A stretch of DNA of 64,000 bases from Spirochaetia bacterium. Its GTDB lineage: Bacteria; Spirochaetota; Spirochaetia; SZUA-6; Bin103. The DNA lies in NCBI GenBank assembly GCA_965203515.1, contig OZ241907.1, positions 1,472,001 to 1,536,000 of the forward strand. Reading direction: 5' to 3'. Position numbers and translations under genes: made by a program. This document shows, in pieces, positions 9,377-19,395 of the stretch; position 1 is the first letter of the stretch; every line of letters begins with the position of its first letter. Below the pieces are notes generated by a model. The model was not told the origin of the DNA. It was given only the letters and a program-made list of their open reading frames with translations, and made no database searches.

Positions 9377-10469
9377 CGCGCCGACCCGCTCCGGCGGCGA
9401 CCTGACGCTCAGCGCCGTAAGCAAGCGGTTCAAGGGGAGCGCGGCGCCGGCCCTGGACCGCGTTTCGCTCACCGTTCAGGAAGGGGGGACCACCGCCGTC
9501 CTGGGCGAGAGCGGCAGCGGCAAGACCACGCTGCTGCGCCTGGTGGCCGGCTTCGAGGAGCTCGATGCCGGCACGATCGAAGTGGGCGATCTGCGGGTCG
9601 CCGGCGGCCGGCGCTCGCTGCCGCCGGAGGAGCGCAACGTCGGCGTCGTCTTTCAGGACACCGCGCTGCTGCCCCACCTGACGCTGCGGCAGAACATCGC
9701 GTTCGGGTTGCAGCGCCTGCCGGAACCGGCGCGCGAGCAGCGCGTCGACGCGGTCGTCGAGCTGGTGCGGGTCGGCGACGCGCAGGACCGTTATCCGCAT
9801 CAGGTGTCGGGCGGCCAGGCGCAGCGCGCTGCGATCGGCCGCGCGCTGGCGCCGCGGCCGCGCGTGCTGCTGCTCGACGAACCGCTCAACAACCTGGATG
9901 GCCCGCTGCGCGATCGGCTCATCGACGAGCTGCGTTCGATCCTGGCTCTGCGCACCACCACGGCGATCTTCGTCACGCACGACCGTGACGAGGCGTTCCG
10001 CATCGCCGACCGGGTGGCCGTGCTGCGCAACGGCCGCCTGCAGCAGACCGGCACGCCCGAAGAGCTCTACTGGTCGCCCGCCAACGGCTTCGTCGCTTCC
10101 TTGCTGGGCAAGACCAACCTGCTCGGGGTGCGGCGCAACGGCGCCGGCTGGGTCACCGATCTGGGGCCGGTCGACGCCGCGCAGCCGATCGACGCCGGCG
10201 GCCGGCGCGTGGTGTCGATCCGTCCCGGCCAGGTGCGCGTGTCGGCCGCGGCGACCGACGGCCCGAGCCGCGCCGGCCCGAGCCGGCCCGGCACGGTGGT
10301 GACCGAGCGGTTCCTGGGCGAGGTGCGGGAGCTGACGATCGCCCTGCACGGCGAACGCGGACCGTTGCAGGTCATCGCCCACGCCGGCGCCGCAACCCGC
10401 TTCGCCGCCGGCGACCACGTGTTCGTCTCCCTGCGGACGGATCAGGAAAGGCGCGGCCGACCGGGCTAG
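9351..10469 (+). CDS. fbpC: Fe(3+) ABC transporter ATP-binding protein (start uncertain)
   Basis: GESGSGKT, VFQD, SGGQAQR, LLLDEP, VTHD, C-terminal TOBE-like region. Confidence 0.88.
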   Translation: MLRLRRKRNAPTRSGGDLTLSAVSKRFKGSAAPALDRVSLTVQEGGTTAVLGESGSGKTTLLRLVAGFEELDAGTIEVGDLRVAGGRRSLPPEERNVGVVFQDTALLPHLTLRQNIAFGLQRLPEPAREQRVDAVVELVRVGDAQDRYPHQVSGGQAQRAAIGRALAPRPRVLLLDEPLNNLDGPLRDRLIDELRSILALRTTTAIFVTHDRDEAFRIADRVAVLRNGRLQQTGTPEELYWSPANGFVASLLGKTNLLGVRRNGAGWVTDLGPVDAAQPIDAGGRRVVSIRPGQVRVSAAATDGPSRAGPSRPGTVVTERFLGEVRELTIALHGERGPLQVIAHAGAATRFAAGDHVFVSLRTDQERRGRPG

Positions 10470-11572
10470 GCCAGCCGGCCGAGCAGCGCCGGCGCCGGCG
10501 CCAGACGAATCCCTTCCGGCGTCCGAGCGTCTTTGGCGCCGACGGCGCTGATCTGCCACGCGGCGGCATCCGGAAAGCGGAGCTTCAGGTACCGAAGGCC
10601 GCCGTCTACCTTCGCGTCCGACCACTTCGTCTCCACCAGCAGCACCGGGACGTTCCGTTCGGTCACGACGAAGTCGACCTCACGACCGTCCCGGTCGCGG
10701 AAGTAGCGAAGGTCCAGGTCTCTCCCTTCGGCGTCCTGTTGCTGGTCGACCCACTTCAGGAGCGCCATCGCCACCAGGTTCTCGAATCGCTGCGGCAGCT
10801 CGGGAACCAGCGTCCAGTCGAACAGGTAGTGCTTCTGCGCCTTCTTGACGGCGCGAATCGCCGGCGATCCGAACGGACTCACCCGCACCAGGGCGTACAG
10901 ACGCTCCAGGGCCGCAACCCAGCGCCGCACCGCGTCGTGGCTGACGCCGAGATCCTCGCGCACCGCGTTGAGCGAAAGCGGCGCGCCGACCAGCTCCGGC
11001 AGCCTCAGCGCCAGCAGCTCCAGGTTGCCCAGATCGACGATCTGCTCCAGCGATCCGACCTCCTCGCGGATCAGCAGCGTCCGGTAGTCGCGCGACCAGC
11101 GGCGCGCGGCGCGCTCGGAGCCGGAGAAGAACGGCTCCGGGAATCCGCCCAGACGCAGCAGATCGTGCAGCGACGCCGGGTCGCCCAGCTCCGCGACCGA
11201 CAGCGGATGCAGCCGATGCAGGTGGTACCGTCCCTGCAACGAGTCGCCGCCGCGGCGGTAGGCGTCCAGCCGAGCGCTGCCGGTCACCAGGATGCGCGGC
11301 TCCCGGCCGGCTCCGTCGTACAGGCCCTTCAAATAATCCCGCCAGGATCGATACTTGTGCAGCTCGTCGAACGCGATCACGTTCACCGGCGGCAATTCGC
11401 GGGCCAGGATCGATCGGCGGTGCTCGGGGACGTCCCAGCTCAGGTAGCCGGCGGGATCGATCAGAATCGCCTTCGCCAGCGTCGTCTTGCCGACCTGCCG
11501 GGGGCCGGCCACGAAGACCATCTTGGTCTCCAGGTCCGCCCGCACGGCCGCTTCCAGGGAGCGCCGAAGCAT
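10466..11572 (-). CDS. AAA_14 ATPase with DUF4143-type C-terminal domain
   Basis: GPRQVGKTT, FDELHK, VTGSA, GDSLQGRY, GGFPEP, FENLV, YFRDRDGREVDFV..LVETK. Confidence 0.9.
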   Translation of the reverse strand: MLRRSLEAAVRADLETKMVFVAGPRQVGKTTLAKAILIDPAGYLSWDVPEHRRSILARELPPVNVIAFDELHKYRSWRDYLKGLYDGAGREPRILVTGSARLDAYRRGGDSLQGRYHLHRLHPLSVAELGDPASLHDLLRLGGFPEPFFSGSERAARRWSRDYRTLLIREEVGSLEQIVDLGNLELLALRLPELVGAPLSLNAVREDLGVSHDAVRRWVAALERLYALVRVSPFGSPAIRAVKKAQKHYLFDWTLVPELPQRFENLVAMALLKWVDQQQDAEGRDLDLRYFRDRDGREVDFVVTERNVPVLLVETKWSDAKVDGGLRYLKLRFPDAAAWQISAVGAKDARTPEGIRLAPAPALLGRLA

Positions 11573-11590
11573 GGACGCACCATACGGCAA

Positions 11591-11642
11591 TTTTTGGCGG
11601 GTGCCAAAAACCGCCGCGTCAATTTTCGGCTCCTGCCAAAAA
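11591..11642. promoter_or_regulatory. Two tandem palindromes upstream of AAA_14 gene (putative operator)
   Basis: TTTTTGGC-GGGT-GCCAAAAA (11591-11610) and TTTTCGGC-TCCT-GCCAAAAA (11623-11642), 32 bp period. Confidence 0.6.
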
Positions 11643-11675
11643 CTGCCGACGGCCGCTCAGTCGGTCAGGAGCGGC

Positions 11676-12461
11676 TCATGCCGACGCCCCGGAGTAGCGG
11701 CGCAGTCCGCGCGTCCAGACGAGGCGCGCGGCCGCCAGGGCGCCGGCCGCCACGCCCCAGGCCAGCAGGACGCGGCCGCCGGTGAGCCGGCCGACCAGCG
11801 CCTCGGCCGGCACCGTGATGGCGATCGCCACCGGCACCACGAAGGTGAGCACCATGCGCAGCCAGTTCGGGTAGATGCCGATCGGCCACCGCGCCGCCCC
11901 ATACAGGTCGCTGAAGATCAACAGGATGTTGTCGATGCGCAGGAACCAGAAGGAGACCGACGCCAGGGCCAGCAGGAAGCTGTAGATGATCGCGCCGCCG
12001 GCCAGCAGCATCAGCGCGAACAGGGCCAGGTCGGCCGGCCCCACCGCCGCGCTGCGCCGCGCCAGCGCCACCCCCAGCACGACCAGCCCCAGCGCCACGT
12101 CGACCAGCTTCCACACCCGCATCTCGGCTACGCTGACCAGGAACTGCGCCTCCTCCGGCTTGGTCAAGGTATAGTCCAGGGTGCCCTGCCGCACGTCCTC
12201 TATCAGCTTCTGCATGCTCGGCTCGATCACCCCGCCCATCGCGGCGCCCATCAACAGATAGACGCCGAGCACGGCCAGCACCTCGTTCGGCCCCCACCCG
12301 CGCAGCGTGTCGGTATGGCCGAACACCACCACCAGCCCGCCAATCGCCCCCGCCACCGCCACGCCCGACTGCATGACCTGCAGGTACAGGTTGGCGCGAT
12401 ACGCCAGCTCGTTCAGCAGGCCGATCCGCAAGAAGGTCCATGCCACCCGCAGGCGGTGCAT
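11676..12461 (-). CDS. ABC-2 family transporter permease (DUF990-like)
   Basis: ELAYRANL, GTLDYTLTKP, RWPIGIYP, TFVVPVA, GLRRYSGASA. Confidence 0.85.
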   Translation of the reverse strand: MHRLRVAWTFLRIGLLNELAYRANLYLQVMQSGVAVAGAIGGLVVVFGHTDTLRGWGPNEVLAVLGVYLLMGAAMGGVIEPSMQKLIEDVRQGTLDYTLTKPEEAQFLVSVAEMRVWKLVDVALGLVVLGVALARRSAAVGPADLALFALMLLAGGAIIYSFLLALASVSFWFLRIDNILLIFSDLYGAARWPIGIYPNWLRMVLTFVVPVAIAITVPAEALVGRLTGGRVLLAWGVAAGALAAARLVWTRGLRRYSGASA

Positions 12462-12463
12462 GC

Positions 12464-13255
12464 TCAGGACCCCACCGCCGCGTACTTGCGGACGCCCAGC
12501 CGCCATACCGCGCCGAGCAGCGCCAGGCCGATCGCCAGCCAGAGCGCCTGCATACGGAATCCGGCGGCGATCAGCTCGGGGCCGAGCCGGCCGAGCGCCA
12601 ACTCGACCGGGAACCACACCACCCACCGGAACGGCAGGTACCAGGTGGCGCGCTCCATCCAGCCCGGCAACAACTCCAGCGGGGCCAGCCGCCCGGAGCA
12701 GAACAGCAGCGCCAGGAAGTAGATCTGGTTGAGCGCCGCGGTGCGCGTGGTCCAGAACGCGGTCAACGCGAATGTCCAATCGAAGAGGAAGCGGATACCG
12801 TACCCGGCCGCCAGCGCGGCCGCCGCCAATGCCAGCATCGCCGCGTCCGGCTCGAAGGCGGGCTTGAACAGGACCGACAGCAGCGCCGCCGCCGGCACGA
12901 TGATCACCAGCGTCAGCGCCTTGTAGCCGAGGTTTTCGGCGATGTCGCTGTGGATGGGATGGATCGGCTTGAGCAGCAGCGACGACAACTCGCCGGAGCG
13001 CACGCGCCACCCGAACTCGTGGATGATCCAGGCGAAGGTGAGCTGGTTCACCACCATCAGGACGATGAAGTAGGCGGCGAAGTCGGCGGCTTCGTACCCG
13101 CCCACGCCGCCGCGCGCCGCGGCCACGGTCCGCCACACCACCAGATAGACCGTCGGCTCGACGATTCGGTTCAGCATCCAGATCGCCAGGGCGACGCGGT
13201 ACTGGAACTGCTCCGCCAGCGACGTCTTCAGATAGACCCAGTAGATGCGGAGCAC
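12464..13255 (-). CDS. ABC-2 family transporter permease
   Basis: QYRV, VRSGELSSLLLKP, SGRLAPLELLP, LPFRW, GVRKYAAVG. Confidence 0.85.
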   Translation of the reverse strand: MLRIYWVYLKTSLAEQFQYRVALAIWMLNRIVEPTVYLVVWRTVAAARGGVGGYEAADFAAYFIVLMVVNQLTFAWIIHEFGWRVRSGELSSLLLKPIHPIHSDIAENLGYKALTLVIIVPAAALLSVLFKPAFEPDAAMLALAAAALAAGYGIRFLFDWTFALTAFWTTRTAALNQIYFLALLFCSGRLAPLELLPGWMERATWYLPFRWVVWFPVELALGRLGPELIAAGFRMQALWLAIGLALLGAVWRLGVRKYAAVGS

Positions 13256-13264
13256 GGGCCTGGC

Positions 13265-14281
13265 CTAGCTAGCCTGGCGCCGCTCGCCCGGCTCGGCCCG
13301 TTCCGCCGCGTCCAGGGCGCCGGCGAACACCTGCTCGATCACGTCCTCGATCGGCGGGTCCTCGACCGTCAGGTCGCCGACCGGCAGATCGGCCAGCAGC
13401 CGCGCCGTGACCTGCGGCGTCTCCGCCTTGGGCACCCGCAGCGTGTGGCGGCTCCCCTCGGAGGCGACCACCTCGCCGTAGCGCGACAGGTCGGCCGCGT
13501 CGCGGTCCAGCTCGACGATGATCGTCTTGAGCGGAGAGAACCGGCGGACCAGCTCCTGCAGCGCGCCGTCGAACAGGATGCGGCCGTGGTCGATGACGAT
13601 GATGCGGCTGCAGAGCGCCTCGACGTCGGCCATGTAGTGGCTGGTCAGCAGCACGGTCGTGTGGCGCCGGCGGTTGTAGTCGGCCAGAAACGAGCGGATG
13701 CGCCGCTGCATGGTCACGTCCAGCCCGATGGTCGGCTCGTCCAGGAACAGCACCTGCGGCCGATGCAGGAGCGCCACCGCGATCTCGCACTTCATCCGCT
13801 CGCCCAGCGACAGATTGCGCACCGGGCGCTCGAGCAGCGGCGCCAGGTCGAGCAGGTCGGTCAGCTCGTCCAGGGTCCGCCGGTAGTCGGCCGTCGGCAC
13901 CCGATAGACGACCCGGTTGCGCTCGAACGAGTCGATCACGGGGATGTCCCAGAGGAGCTGGTTGCGCTGCCCCATCACCAGCGTGATGCGGCGCAGGAAG
14001 GCGCGCTCGCGCCGCGCCGGCACGTGGCCCAGCACCCGCGCCTGGCCCGCGGTCGGATAGAGCAGGCCGGAGAGCATCTTCAGCGTGGTGGTCTTGCCGG
14101 CGCCGTTGGGGCCCACGAAGCCCACGAACTCGCCCGGCTGCAGGGCGAAGGAGACCCGGTCGACCGCCTCCACGGCGCGGGTGGTGCGCCGCACCACGCT
14201 GCGCAGGGCGGCGCGCAGGCCGGCCCCCCGTTCCGGTACGAGGTAGGTCTTGGTGAGCTGCCGGACGTCGACCGCGAGCAT
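13265..14281 (-). CDS. ABC exporter ATP-binding protein
   Basis: GPNGAGKTT, MGQRNQLLWD, LSLGERMKCE, FLDEPTIGLD, TSHYM. Confidence 0.92.
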   Translation of the reverse strand: MLAVDVRQLTKTYLVPERGAGLRAALRSVVRRTTRAVEAVDRVSFALQPGEFVGFVGPNGAGKTTTLKMLSGLLYPTAGQARVLGHVPARRERAFLRRITLVMGQRNQLLWDIPVIDSFERNRVVYRVPTADYRRTLDELTDLLDLAPLLERPVRNLSLGERMKCEIAVALLHRPQVLFLDEPTIGLDVTMQRRIRSFLADYNRRRHTTVLLTSHYMADVEALCSRIIVIDHGRILFDGALQELVRRFSPLKTIIVELDRDAADLSRYGEVVASEGSRHTLRVPKAETPQVTARLLADLPVGDLTVEDPPIEDVIEQVFAGALDAAERAEPGERRQAS

Positions 14282-14402
14282 CCCGGCATCATAGCGCCGG
14301 CGGGCGGCGCGCGCCGGACGCCGCCCGCGCGCCCCGGGCACGGAGACGCCGCGCGACGGGTCGGCGGTCATGGCGCGCCCGTCGGTGCATAATGACCGGC
14401 CG

Positions 14403-15437
14403 ATGCCGATCGAAGTGCCCCGCGCCCCGCGCCGCCTGCGTCCGGCGGCGGCGCTGCTGGCCGCGGCGGCGGTGGCCGCCGCCGCGCTGACCGGCGCCGG
14501 CTGCTTCCTGCTGCCGCAGGAGGAGGAGATCCTGGCGCCGCCGCTGGTCGAGCCGCCGCCGATCACCTACCGCACGGTGACCGTGGAGCGGGACACCATC
14601 GAACGCCGCGTCGTGGTCGGCGGCGCCATCGTCTACCCAATGCAGATCGCGCTGCAGTTCGGCGAGCGCTCCGGGCGGCTGGAGGAGGTGCGCGTGCGGC
14701 TCGGCGACCGGGTCGAGGCCGGTCAGGTCCTGGCGACGCTCGACACCGACACGCTGCGCCTCGACGTGGAGCGCCAGCGGATCAAGCTGCGCCGCGCGGA
14801 GCTCGGCCTGCAGCGGGCCGCGGCGCTGGGCGCCGACCGCCTGCAGCAGGAGATCAGCCGGCTCGACGTGGCGTTGGAACGCCTGGCGCTGGAGCAGCTC
14901 GAAACCGAGCTGGCCAAGTCGACGCTGCGCTCGCCGATCGACGGGGAGGTGGTGTTCGTCACCCGCGTCTTTCCCGGCGAGCCGATCGGCGCCCGCCAGA
15001 CCGTGGTGCAGGTGGCCGACCCGCGCGAGCTGCTGTTCGCCTATCAGGGGCAGCGGGACGACGAGTTCTCCCTCGGCAGAGCGGTCACCGTCAACCTGCG
15101 CGGCGACACCTACCCCGGCGCGGTCGTCATGACCCCGCGCAACGTCCCGCTCGACGCGCCGGAGGAGCTGCGCGACGTGGTGCTGATCCGCGTCGACGCG
15201 CCGCCGGAGGCGCTGACGCGCGGCCAGACCGGCACCGCGTCGATGGTGGCCGACCGCCGCGAGGACGTGATCGTGCTGCCCGCCGACGCCGTGCAGACCT
15301 ACGTCAACCGCAAGTTCGTGTTCGTCCTGGAGGATGAGCTGCGGACCGAACGGACCGTGGAGGTGGGCCTCTCCACCCCCACGCAGGTGGAGATCGTCGA
15401 CGGCCTGCGGGTCGGCGAGCAGGTGGTGCTCCGCTGA
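14403..15437 (+). CDS. Membrane-fusion (periplasmic adaptor) lipoprotein
   Basis: Lipobox GAGC, LLPQEEEILAPPLV, GDRVEAGQVLA, LRSPIDGEV, VEVGL..VEIVDGL. Confidence 0.85.
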   Translation: MPIEVPRAPRRLRPAAALLAAAAVAAAALTGAGCFLLPQEEEILAPPLVEPPPITYRTVTVERDTIERRVVVGGAIVYPMQIALQFGERSGRLEEVRVRLGDRVEAGQVLATLDTDTLRLDVERQRIKLRRAELGLQRAAALGADRLQQEISRLDVALERLALEQLETELAKSTLRSPIDGEVVFVTRVFPGEPIGARQTVVQVADPRELLFAYQGQRDDEFSLGRAVTVNLRGDTYPGAVVMTPRNVPLDAPEELRDVVLIRVDAPPEALTRGQTGTASMVADRREDVIVLPADAVQTYVNRKFVFVLEDELRTERTVEVGLSTPTQVEIVDGLRVGEQVVLR

Positions 15438-15445
15438 GCGCGCCG

Positions 15446-18307
15446 TTGATCGCCCGCCGCGTTCGCGGCCGCGGCTGGCTGGCGATCGCGCTGGCGGCGG
15501 CGGCCACGCTCAGCGTGGCGCTGCTCGCCTCCACGCCGATGTACGCCGACGGGGTGCTGCAGCGGCTGCTCACCCGCGACCTGGAGCGCCACCAGCAGCG
15601 CACCGGGCGCTACCCCGGCGCCGCCGTCCTGGAAATCGATCTGTATGGGCTGCGCCGGCGCGCCGAGCGCGCGCCCTACGTCCATGAGATCGACCGGGAG
15701 CTGACCGAGCGCCTGGTGCCGGCGCTGCGGGTGCCGATCATCGCCGAGATGCGGCAGTTGCGTATGGACTACCTGTACGACGTCCGGCCCGCCGAGCACG
15801 GCGAAACCAAGGTGTTCGCCCGGGTCGAGGCGATCGAGCACCTGGACCGGCACGTGACGATACGCCACGGCCGCATGTTCGAGCCGCGCCCGGCCGGTCC
15901 GGCCGGAGACGGGCCGGGCGGAGACGGTACGGCCGTCTATGAGGCGATCGTGACCGAGGAGGCGTTTCGCGATCTGGATCTGCAGCTTGGACGCACCTAT
16001 CAGTTGTATGACCTGCTCGGCCACGTGCCGCGGCTGCGCATCGAGGTGGTGGGGACATTCACCAAGAGCGACCCGCGCGACCCGTTCTGGTTCGGCCGCT
16101 TTGCCCGGCTTTCCACCAGCTACCTGATCGACTTCCCGACCTTCGAGCGCGACTTCCTGCAGACCGAGGCGCGCAACATGACGCGCGCCTGGTGGCACTA
16201 CGCCATCGACTACCACGAACTGACGATCCGCGACGTGCCGAACGTGATGCGGCGCCACGCGGACTACGTGCGCCTGGCGTCGCCCGCCGGCGTCAGCTTC
16301 AGCTTTGCCATCGCCCCGCTCCTGGAATCCTATCTGCTGCGCGCGGCCACGCTGCGGCGGACCCTGTCGTTCCTGCAGATACCGTCGGCGTTGCTGCTGT
16401 TGCTGTTCGTGGCGATGCTGTCGCAACTGGTCATCGACGGCGACCGCGCGGAGATCGCCGTGCTGAAGAGCCGCGGCGCCGCCGGCCGGCAGATCCTCTC
16501 CGCCTACCTGATCGAGGCGCTGCTGTTGGGGGCGGTCGGCCTGGGGCTCGGCCTGCCGCTGGCGGTGCTGATCGTGCGGGTGATCGGCGCCTCCAACGGC
16601 TTCCTGGACTTCGTGGCGCGGCCGGCGCTGCCGCTGCTGCTGAGCTGGCGCATGCTGGGCTACGCCCTGCTCGGCGTTGCGATCTTCGTCGGCTCGCTGG
16701 TCGTGCCGCTGGCGCGCGCCACCGGCCTGTCGATCGTGGGCCTGAAGAGCCGGCACGGGCGCGCGCCGCGCTCGCTGCCGTGGCAGCGGTACGGGCTCGA
16801 CGCGCTGCTGCTGGCCGTGGCCGGCTACGCGTTCTTCTCGTTCCGGCAGCGGCAGGCGATCCGGGAGCTGATCCCGGCCGAATCGGCGCCGCTCGACCCG
16901 CTGCTGTTCCTGGCGTCGACCGCCTTCATCCTGGGCGCCGGTCTGCTGACGCTGCGCCTGTTTCCGATCGCGGTGCGCGCCGTCTTCCGCCTGGGGCGCG
17001 GCGTGTGGCCGCCGGCCCTGTACGCCGGTCTGGTGCAGGTGGGCCGCTCCCGCGGGCGCGAGTACTTCGCCATGACCTTCCTGATCCTGACCCTGGGGGT
17101 GGGCCTTGCCAGCAGCACCACCGCCCGCACGATCAATCGGAGCGCGGAAGACGACATCTCCTATCAGGTGGGAGCGGACGTCGTGCTGCTGCCGGAGTTC
17201 CAGAGCGACGCGCCGCCGGCGAGCGAGGAGGATCTCGACCCGCTGGCGGCCCCGGCGGCGCCGACCGGCGCGGCGCCGGCGGTCCAGTACCGGGCGCCGC
17301 CGCTGGAGCCGTTCCGGGCGCTGCCAGGCGTGGAGCGGCTCACCACCGTGTTCCGCGCCCCGTCCGCCGGCATGGTGATCCCCGGCAACCGGCGGGTGGC
17401 GGTGCAGGTGATGGCGGTGGTGCCGCACGAGTTCGGACGCATCACCTGGTTCCGCAACGATCTGCTGCCGGCCCACCTCAACCGTCACCTCAACCTGATC
17501 GCCGACGCGCCGACCGGCGTCCTCCTGTCGGCCGACGCCCGCGACCGGCACGGCGTGCGGCTCGGCGACCTGGTGCGGCTCACCTGGAAGCGGCAACTGC
17601 CGATCCAGGCGGCGGTGCTCGGCTTCGTCGACTATTGGCCATCGTTCGACCCGACCGCCGCGGCCGGCGGCGGCCGCCCCCCGCCGACGTTCGCGGTGGC
17701 CAACTTCGATTACGTGTTCGCCAAGATGGCCACGGAGCCGTACGAGCTGTGGATCGACCTGCAGCCGGGCGCGCCGAGCGGTCCGCTGTACGCCGCCGTG
17801 GAGGAGCGGGAGCTCCGCGTGCTGGAGATCCGGGATACCTCGCAGCTCACCATCGAGGCCAAGAACGACCCGCTGCTGCAGGGCACCAACGGCGTCCTCA
17901 CCTTCGGCTTCATCACCGCCGTGCTGGTGAGCGTGACCGGCTACGTGCTGTTCCTGGTCTTCGCCTTGCGCGAGCGCGCCCTGCAGTTCGGACTGCTGCG
18001 CGCCCTGGGTCTGCGCCGGCGGCAGGTGGTCGGCATGCTGGTGCTGGAACAGCTCCTCACCGGCGGGTTCGCGATCGTCGCCGGGCTGGCGATCGGGCAG
18101 CTCGCGGCGCTGCTGTTCGTGCCGCTGCTGCAGCTTGCCGGGCCTGCCGCCGAGCAGCTCCTCCCCTTCCGGGTGGTCGCCCTGCGCAGCGACTACCTCC
18201 GCTTCTATGCGCTGGCGCTCATCATCATGGCGGCCGGCGGGGCGCTGTTCCAGTCACTGGTGCGCCGGCTGCGCGTCCACGAGGCGCTCAAGCTGGGCGA
18301 GGAGTGA
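15446..18307 (+). CDS. Large FtsX-like ABC permease
   Basis: EIAVLKSRGA and QFGLLRALG motifs, two large extracytoplasmic domains, C-terminal EALKLGEE. Confidence 0.88.
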   Translation: MIARRVRGRGWLAIALAAAATLSVALLASTPMYADGVLQRLLTRDLERHQQRTGRYPGAAVLEIDLYGLRRRAERAPYVHEIDRELTERLVPALRVPIIAEMRQLRMDYLYDVRPAEHGETKVFARVEAIEHLDRHVTIRHGRMFEPRPAGPAGDGPGGDGTAVYEAIVTEEAFRDLDLQLGRTYQLYDLLGHVPRLRIEVVGTFTKSDPRDPFWFGRFARLSTSYLIDFPTFERDFLQTEARNMTRAWWHYAIDYHELTIRDVPNVMRRHADYVRLASPAGVSFSFAIAPLLESYLLRAATLRRTLSFLQIPSALLLLLFVAMLSQLVIDGDRAEIAVLKSRGAAGRQILSAYLIEALLLGAVGLGLGLPLAVLIVRVIGASNGFLDFVARPALPLLLSWRMLGYALLGVAIFVGSLVVPLARATGLSIVGLKSRHGRAPRSLPWQRYGLDALLLAVAGYAFFSFRQRQAIRELIPAESAPLDPLLFLASTAFILGAGLLTLRLFPIAVRAVFRLGRGVWPPALYAGLVQVGRSRGREYFAMTFLILTLGVGLASSTTARTINRSAEDDISYQVGADVVLLPEFQSDAPPASEEDLDPLAAPAAPTGAAPAVQYRAPPLEPFRALPGVERLTTVFRAPSAGMVIPGNRRVAVQVMAVVPHEFGRITWFRNDLLPAHLNRHLNLIADAPTGVLLSADARDRHGVRLGDLVRLTWKRQLPIQAAVLGFVDYWPSFDPTAAAGGGRPPPTFAVANFDYVFAKMATEPYELWIDLQPGAPSGPLYAAVEERELRVLEIRDTSQLTIEAKNDPLLQGTNGVLTFGFITAVLVSVTGYVLFLVFALRERALQFGLLRALGLRRRQVVGMLVLEQLLTGGFAIVAGLAIGQLAALLFVPLLQLAGPAAEQLLPFRVVALRSDYLRFYALALIIMAAGGALFQSLVRRLRVHEALKLGEE

Positions 18308-18383
18308 CTGGGCGAGGAGTGAACGAGCCGGCCGCCTGCCGCATGCGGACCGGCCGGCAATCGGTATAGAATGGCGCCGCGCG

Positions 18384-19394
18384 ATGGCTGAACTACCGAC
18401 CACGGTCACCCCGCCGGCGCCGCCGGCCGAGACGGCCGCCTCGCAGGCGCTGCCGGCCGATCTGCGCCGGCGCCTGCGCGCCGAGCGCTGGCAGCGCGTC
18501 AGGCAGATGCGGACGCTCTACCTGCTGTTCCTGCTGCCGCTGGCGATCTTCGTCGTCTTCCACTACCTGCCGATGTACGGCAACATCATCGCCTTCAAGG
18601 ACTTCCGGCTCGGCCGGGGCTTCTGGGGCAGCCGCTGGGTCGGCCTGCAGCACTACGAGGACTTCTTCCGCAACCCGTACGCGTGGCGGATCATCCGCAA
18701 CACCGTGGTCATCAGCGGCCTCAAGCTGCTGTACGGCTTTCCGGTGCCGATCCTGCTGGCGCTGCTGATCAACGAGCTGAACAGTCAGTCCTTCAAGAAG
18801 ACGGTGCAGACCGTCTCCTACCTGCCGCACTTCATGTCCTGGGTCATCCTGGCCACGATCCTGCACGAGATCCTGTCGCCGCAGAGCGGCCCGCTCGCGC
18901 AGATCGCCATCTGGATGGGCCGGCCTCCGCCGGAGGTGCTCACCACCGGCTCCCTGTTCCGGCCCATGCTGATCGTCACCGAGATCTGGAAGGAGATGGG
19001 CTGGCAATCGGTGATCTATCTGGCGGCGCTCGCCTCGATCGACCCGGAGCTCTACGAGTCGGCCACCGTCGACGGCGCCAACCGGGTACAGCGGGCGGTC
19101 CACATCACGCTGCCGTCGCTGCTGCCGGTCATCACCATCCTGGCGATCCTGCGCATCGGCAACCTGCTCAACGCCGGCTTCGACCAGATATTCAACCTGT
19201 ACAATCCGCTGGTCCGTGAGGTGGCCGACATCATCGACACCTTCGTCTACCGGCGTGGCCTGGGCGGCGAAGGCGGCCGCCACCAATACGACTTCGCCGC
19301 CGCGGTGGGGCTGTTCAAGAGCGTGATGGCGGTCCTGCTGATCCTGGGCGCCCACAAGATCGCCCGCCGGCTGACCGGCCAGGGGGTCTGGTAG
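18384..19394 (+). CDS. Carbohydrate ABC permease (LplB type)
   Basis: YLPMYG..IAFKDF, PILLALLINE, SYLPHFMSWV, IDPELYESATVDGA, AAVGLF. Confidence 0.92.
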   Translation: MAELPTTVTPPAPPAETAASQALPADLRRRLRAERWQRVRQMRTLYLLFLLPLAIFVVFHYLPMYGNIIAFKDFRLGRGFWGSRWVGLQHYEDFFRNPYAWRIIRNTVVISGLKLLYGFPVPILLALLINELNSQSFKKTVQTVSYLPHFMSWVILATILHEILSPQSGPLAQIAIWMGRPPPEVLTTGSLFRPMLIVTEIWKEMGWQSVIYLAALASIDPELYESATVDGANRVQRAVHITLPSLLPVITILAILRIGNLLNAGFDQIFNLYNPLVREVADIIDTFVYRRGLGGEGGRHQYDFAAAVGLFKSVMAVLLILGAHKIARRLTGQGVW

Positions 19395-19395
19395 T

